A stretch of 64,000 nucleotides of DNA from Eledone cirrhosa (Eukaryota), in NCBI GenBank assembly GCA_964016885.1, contig OZ024742.1, forward strand, positions 224,316,001 through 224,380,000. The letters are read 5' to 3'. The notes under the pieces are model-generated. The model was not told the origin of the DNA, made no database searches, and saw only the letters and a list, made by a program, of their open reading frames with translations. Each line of letters starts with the position of its first letter. The first letter of the stretch is position 1. The translations under genes and the position numbers were made by a program. Shown here in pieces: positions 59,467 through 64,000 of the stretch.

Positions 59467-59870
59467 AATCAAGGAATTATTAAATGAAATATTTACAATG
59501 ACCTCCGTCATTTTTAAGGGGTTGTATGCTAATTTTTCATTTAGGCACAAGGCTAGTAATTCTGAGGGAAGAGAAAGTCGATTAAATCGATCATGGGATG
59601 GGACAGGTACTGTATTTTATCAACGCCGGAATGACAAAGGTAAATTTGAACTCAGAACACAACAGCCGAATCAAGGAATTATTAAATGAAATATTTACAA
59701 TGACCGCCCTCATTTTTAAGGGGTTCTATGCTAATTTTTCATTTAGGCACAATTCTGTAAGAAAAAGTCGATTAAATCGACCCTGGGATGGGACAGGTAC
59801 TGTATTTAACCAACGCCGGAATGACAAAGGTAAATTTGACCTTGGTAGGATTTGAACTCAGAACACAACA
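59467..59870. repeat. ~200-bp tandem duplication containing a minus-strand SINE fragment
   Basis: AATCAAGGAATTATTAAATGAAATATTTACAATGACC at 59467 and 59669. Confidence 0.85.
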
Positions 59871-60634
59871 GCAGGAATAAACACCACTAAGCATTTATCC
59901 AACAATCTTAATTACCTAACAGTTGTGTTATACGGATGTTTTTTCCTGAAATAACAGGACTGAGTGAAATTAATCACTAATGGCAAATTCTTCGAGTCAA
60001 TGCTAAGATTATAATATATAGAAATATCTTTATATCTTAATAATGGAGCTTAGGCTAGTCATTCACCACATGATGGCAGCATCTCAATTTCGCGATTGCT
60101 TTTTTAACACGTGAGGAAGTGGAGGTGAGAATAACATTTAGTTCTACGTATGACTTACATTTCTTTCTGCATATACTGCAGCGAAAACATATCCTTTTTC
60201 GGTTACGACCAGCCAAACTAATGTAGCAAACGCGAATGATGTTTAGGTCAAGTGATGCTGGTGTTTTAGCTATTTTAAGTGAAGAAAAGCCAATCCCAAT
60301 CTCTGAACAAATGTAATAGGTATAAGGAAAGAAGAACAGGTCAACATCTTTGGCTGGCATTGAGTCACAGATTTTACATCAGAGTTTTCCTTTTCCTAGA
60401 ATGTTACCCTAACAACCACTATGAGTATTTCCCTCCCAGTGGGCTAATAGCATGCCCGGGCACCACCATTTCAGAACTCAGAGTGGTTGACTGTGCCAGT
60501 GGCCAGGATGCAGAAGTGTGACGAAACATTCTGAAACTCCATAATAAATAGAATTTCTAAGAAATTAACGAGAAGTGAATATTACAATTTTTGTGCCTTT
60601 AAGTGTCTAAAATGGCTCTTCTACGATGTAATTG

Positions 60635-60747
<113 letters not shown>

Positions 60748-60916
60748 TTGTGTATGTGTGTGTTTGTGTATGTGTGTATGTGTGTGTTTGTGTGTGTGTG
60801 TATGTGTGTGTGTGTCTGTGTGTGTGTATGTGTGTGTATGTGTAAACTGAGATATGAAGAATTATTAACGGGTGGAAAGAGATATAAGTGATGTAAAATG
60901 AGAGTGATAGCCGGAT

Positions 60917-60980
<64 letters not shown>

Positions 60981-61147
60981 AGAGAGAGAGATGTGGTAAT
61001 GACTGATAGTGAGAAAGTGAGAAGGATAGAGAGATAGATAAATGGAGAGAGTGTGGGAAAGAGAGTCTGTCAATGAACTTAATGAAATATGACGTTTCTA
61101 TCAGCTACCGTTACATCATGAACTGACCTTAGCTCTGATAACAAGAG

Positions 61148-61800
61148 GAAATAGTTGTAATACCGACAACATACATAAAGTAGAATGTTGATGTGTATCA
61201 TTGCGCATGATGATGTAAATATTTCTCATACCAACAACACAGTAGAACGTTGATGTTGATGTATGTATAGTAGAGGAGTACTGTAAATAGTTCTAATACC
61301 ATCAACATATATTGTAGGAGGTTGATTTCTACTATTGCGCAGGGTGGTGTAAATAGTTCTGATAACGACACACAACAGAAGGTTTGCTGTGTATTATTGC
61401 GCTGGGTGATGTAAATAATATTCATGTCGAGACACAGAGAATAAAATAATACATAGATATGTTGTATTATGGAGGGGTCGAGTAAATAGTCCTGATACCT
61501 ACATACAATAGACGGTTGATGTATACTATAGCGGAGGGGAGAAGCGGATTCATTTCGCATGAACCCTGCCTGAAAATTTGATCGGGGATCTTGAATCAAA
61601 CTGATCTTAATATGATAACAAGTTTGCGGCCCTTTAAATATTGCAGGCTCCTGGCTACAACCCAGTCAGGAGCCCCCTATATACACCACTGGCGGAGGGT
61701 GGGTGTACATAGCTATAATACCAACACAGTAGAAGGGTTGATGTGTTGTATTGCAGAGGGTTGCTGTAAATAGTTGTAATGCCAAGACACACACAGAAGG
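61148..61800. repeat. Old degenerate ~60-bp minisatellite interrupted by a ~150-bp MITE-like insert (61539-61691)
   Basis: Recurrent GTAAATAGTT..ATACC...AGAAGG.TTGATGTG.ATTGCG. The insert is flanked by GCGGAGGG at 61531-38 and 61692-99. Confidence 0.7.
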
Positions 61801-62015
61801 AAGATAAATGTACGTTGTTGGTAGTGTGTTAGTGTTGTTGTTGTAGTTGTTATTGTAGGGGTGGGAGGGAAAACAGTAGAAGTAAGATCTACTACTAAGA
61901 TCTCATTTATTATGTGGTTAACTGGTTGTGGCAGCCTGCAGTAGCCATCTTCTATCTACTTAGACATTATATATACTGGCAGACTGATATGGTGGGGTAA
62001 ATGCTTATTCATGTG

Positions 62016-62088
<73 letters not shown>

Positions 62089-62428
62089 ACACGTACATAT
62101 ATTAGAATATGAAGCTTTTTGGATTATTATTCTTGAAGTTTACACTGCCGGTTATTCGAACGACTGAAAGCGGAAAATTTGCTCCAGAAGAAAACTTTAC
62201 CCCGATATACTAATGCTTTAGAAAGACATATAACTTTAATGGTGTTATTGCTCGACTTGTTAGAAGTAGTATATATCTCTCAGTGAAATCCCATTCTACC
62301 TTCTCAATAAAAAAAAAAATGAAGGACACTTTAAATAACGTAGTCCTATATATTCCCTAGATATTTCCCTGGTTGTTCATAGCTGGAACGATATTGATAA
62401 GAAGTCTGCTGTATTATAGTTTACATCA

Positions 62429-62531
62429 ACCCGCCGAGGCTAAGTTTGCCTTTCATCCTTACGAGGTTGATAAAATAAAGTACCAGTAATGCACTGGGAT
62501 AATTGCTGGCCTTGTGCCAAAAGTAGAAACA
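62429..62531 (+). mobile_element. 5'-truncated SINE family 1 with 16-bp TSD
   Basis: ATTATAGTTTACATCA at 62413-28 and 62532-47. Confidence 0.88.
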
Positions 62532-62545
62532 ATTATAGTTTACAT

Positions 62546-63610
62546 CAGTAGTTTCCAACCATTTCGTTACCAAGTACCTCGTTTACTTAAATACATTTCC
62601 TCCATGGAGCCCTAACTATAAATGCTTCTTCGACTTCCCGGATTATTATACGGCGAGAAATATCATCATTGCTCGACTGCTGTAGCAGACAGTCACAGTC
62701 CTCCTTCATAATTAGTTGTAGTCCCATGGTCGGGTGATTAACTGTGGACGTTCGTGAGATTTGAACTCACACTTCACAGTGCCAGAACAGATACTACAAT
62801 ACTCTAACAATTCCACCATATACCGGTATTTTATTGACCTCGAATGGATGAAAGACAAAGCCTGTTATGGCAGGATTTGGACTCAGAACACAGAAAGACA
62901 GAACAAATAGCACAAAATATTCTGTCCGATGTTTTAACGACTCTGCCAATTCGCTGACAAAAGAAAACAATTATATGAGAGAACTTATTGGAGCGTGTAT
63001 AGTGTGTATATATTATGCTTATAACAAAATACTTGAAATTGTTATACAATGATAAAGACAGAAAAATCTTTATATTTAGAGAATAATAGACACCCAGTGT
63101 GTATATATTATGTTTATAACAAACTATTTGAAATTGTAATACAGTGAGAATAACATGTTTATATTTAGAGAAGAATTAATAACCAATAGTGTGCGTATAT
63201 TTTCTACTTGAACTTCAATTTTAGGCCACAATACTACCTTTACAGAGGTGGCAAATTGGCAGAGTTGTTAGAACATTGGATAGAATGCTTCATGGTGTTC
63301 ATTTTCGTTGTGGTCAACTTTGTCTTTCATCCTTTTCAGGCCGATAAGGAATGTACCAGTCCATTCCTGGGGTTGATTCTTTTCTTTTTCACTTCCTCAA
63401 CCCCGCCTCTCTCTCTGTTTCTCTCTGTGACTCCCGCCCCCCACTCTCTCATTCACCATCTCCTTGTCTAGAAGAAATTGACCATATTCAGACCTGGACA
63501 CGCCGTGCATCACTAAGGACACGGCAACGACACCATCATGAGATATAGGTCCAAACTTATAACTTTTCCATACCCTGCAGGGTCAGCAGACTCGAGTTAG
63601 AGAACCACTG
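62546..63610. mobile_element. hAT-like MITE ends (related to 3730-3877) enclosing nested SINEs
   Basis: CAGTAGTTTCCAACC ... GTTAGAGAACCACTG; flanks GTTTACAT / GCTTTCAT. Confidence 0.5.
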
Positions 63611-64000
63611 GCTTTCATGGAGCTAAATTACCAAAGCAACAGAACATTTTATATAAAAATATATATTTATCGCTTTCATTTTCAATAAAATAAATTCTCT
63701 GGAGTAGCAGTTTAAGACCAACTTCTCTTACATTTTCCTTTATTCTAACGTTTTATTATCTGTATACCATTTTAATCTCCAGCCCTCTATTTCTAATTCT
63801 TTCTTACGTGGCTTAACAACAAAAACTACAACATTATCATTATCATCATCATCATCATCAACAACGGAAAAAATAACAGCAATAACAACAATTTCTGCAG
63901 ACAAAATATTTTCTACAGTAAAATATGTTTATATCTTATTTTTTTCTTGATATTATTCTACATCTCCGCCCCTCTCTCTCTAGCTCATGTTCTCTCCCTC

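Noticed and set aside
60055-60521. Short ORFs with Cys clusters
   Set aside because: No recognisable domain; not the missing Irx homeobox.

Overview
AT-rich, microsatellite-dense eukaryotic genomic DNA. It is probably from a cephalopod (Octopus-like); this is inferred from the SINE families and repeat landscape. Almost all long ORFs in the six-frame track are artefacts of simple repeats. Supported content: (1) the 3' coding exon of an Iroquois-family homeobox gene on the minus strand (53196-53905, IRO box KPRIWSLADTAT); the homeodomain exons are not in the window. (2) Two 5'-truncated Tx1/L1-like LINE copies, both ending in (ATCT)n. (3) Decayed RTE-like and Ingi/Vingi-like LINE fragments, many tRNA-derived SINEs, hAT-type MITEs with 8-bp TSDs, and Helitron-like elements. 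(4) An 18-kb array of a 41-bp satellite with higher-order duplications, and a 16/17-bp near-palindromic satellite. The most interesting signal is a set of non-coding fold-back (inverted-repeat) elements at 36.5-40.4 kb, with related motifs at 33.3 and 55.1 kb. They carry minimal type-I hammerhead-ribozyme-like motifs (CUGANGA...GAAA...UH) on one or both strands, and most face outward into (TA)n tracts. This is the signature of Penelope-like or retrozyme-like non-autonomous retroelements. One is a near-perfect 520-nt hairpin with a ribozyme motif in each polarity, and one has an ~83-nt helix II. All folds were read by eye; ribozyme activity is untested.
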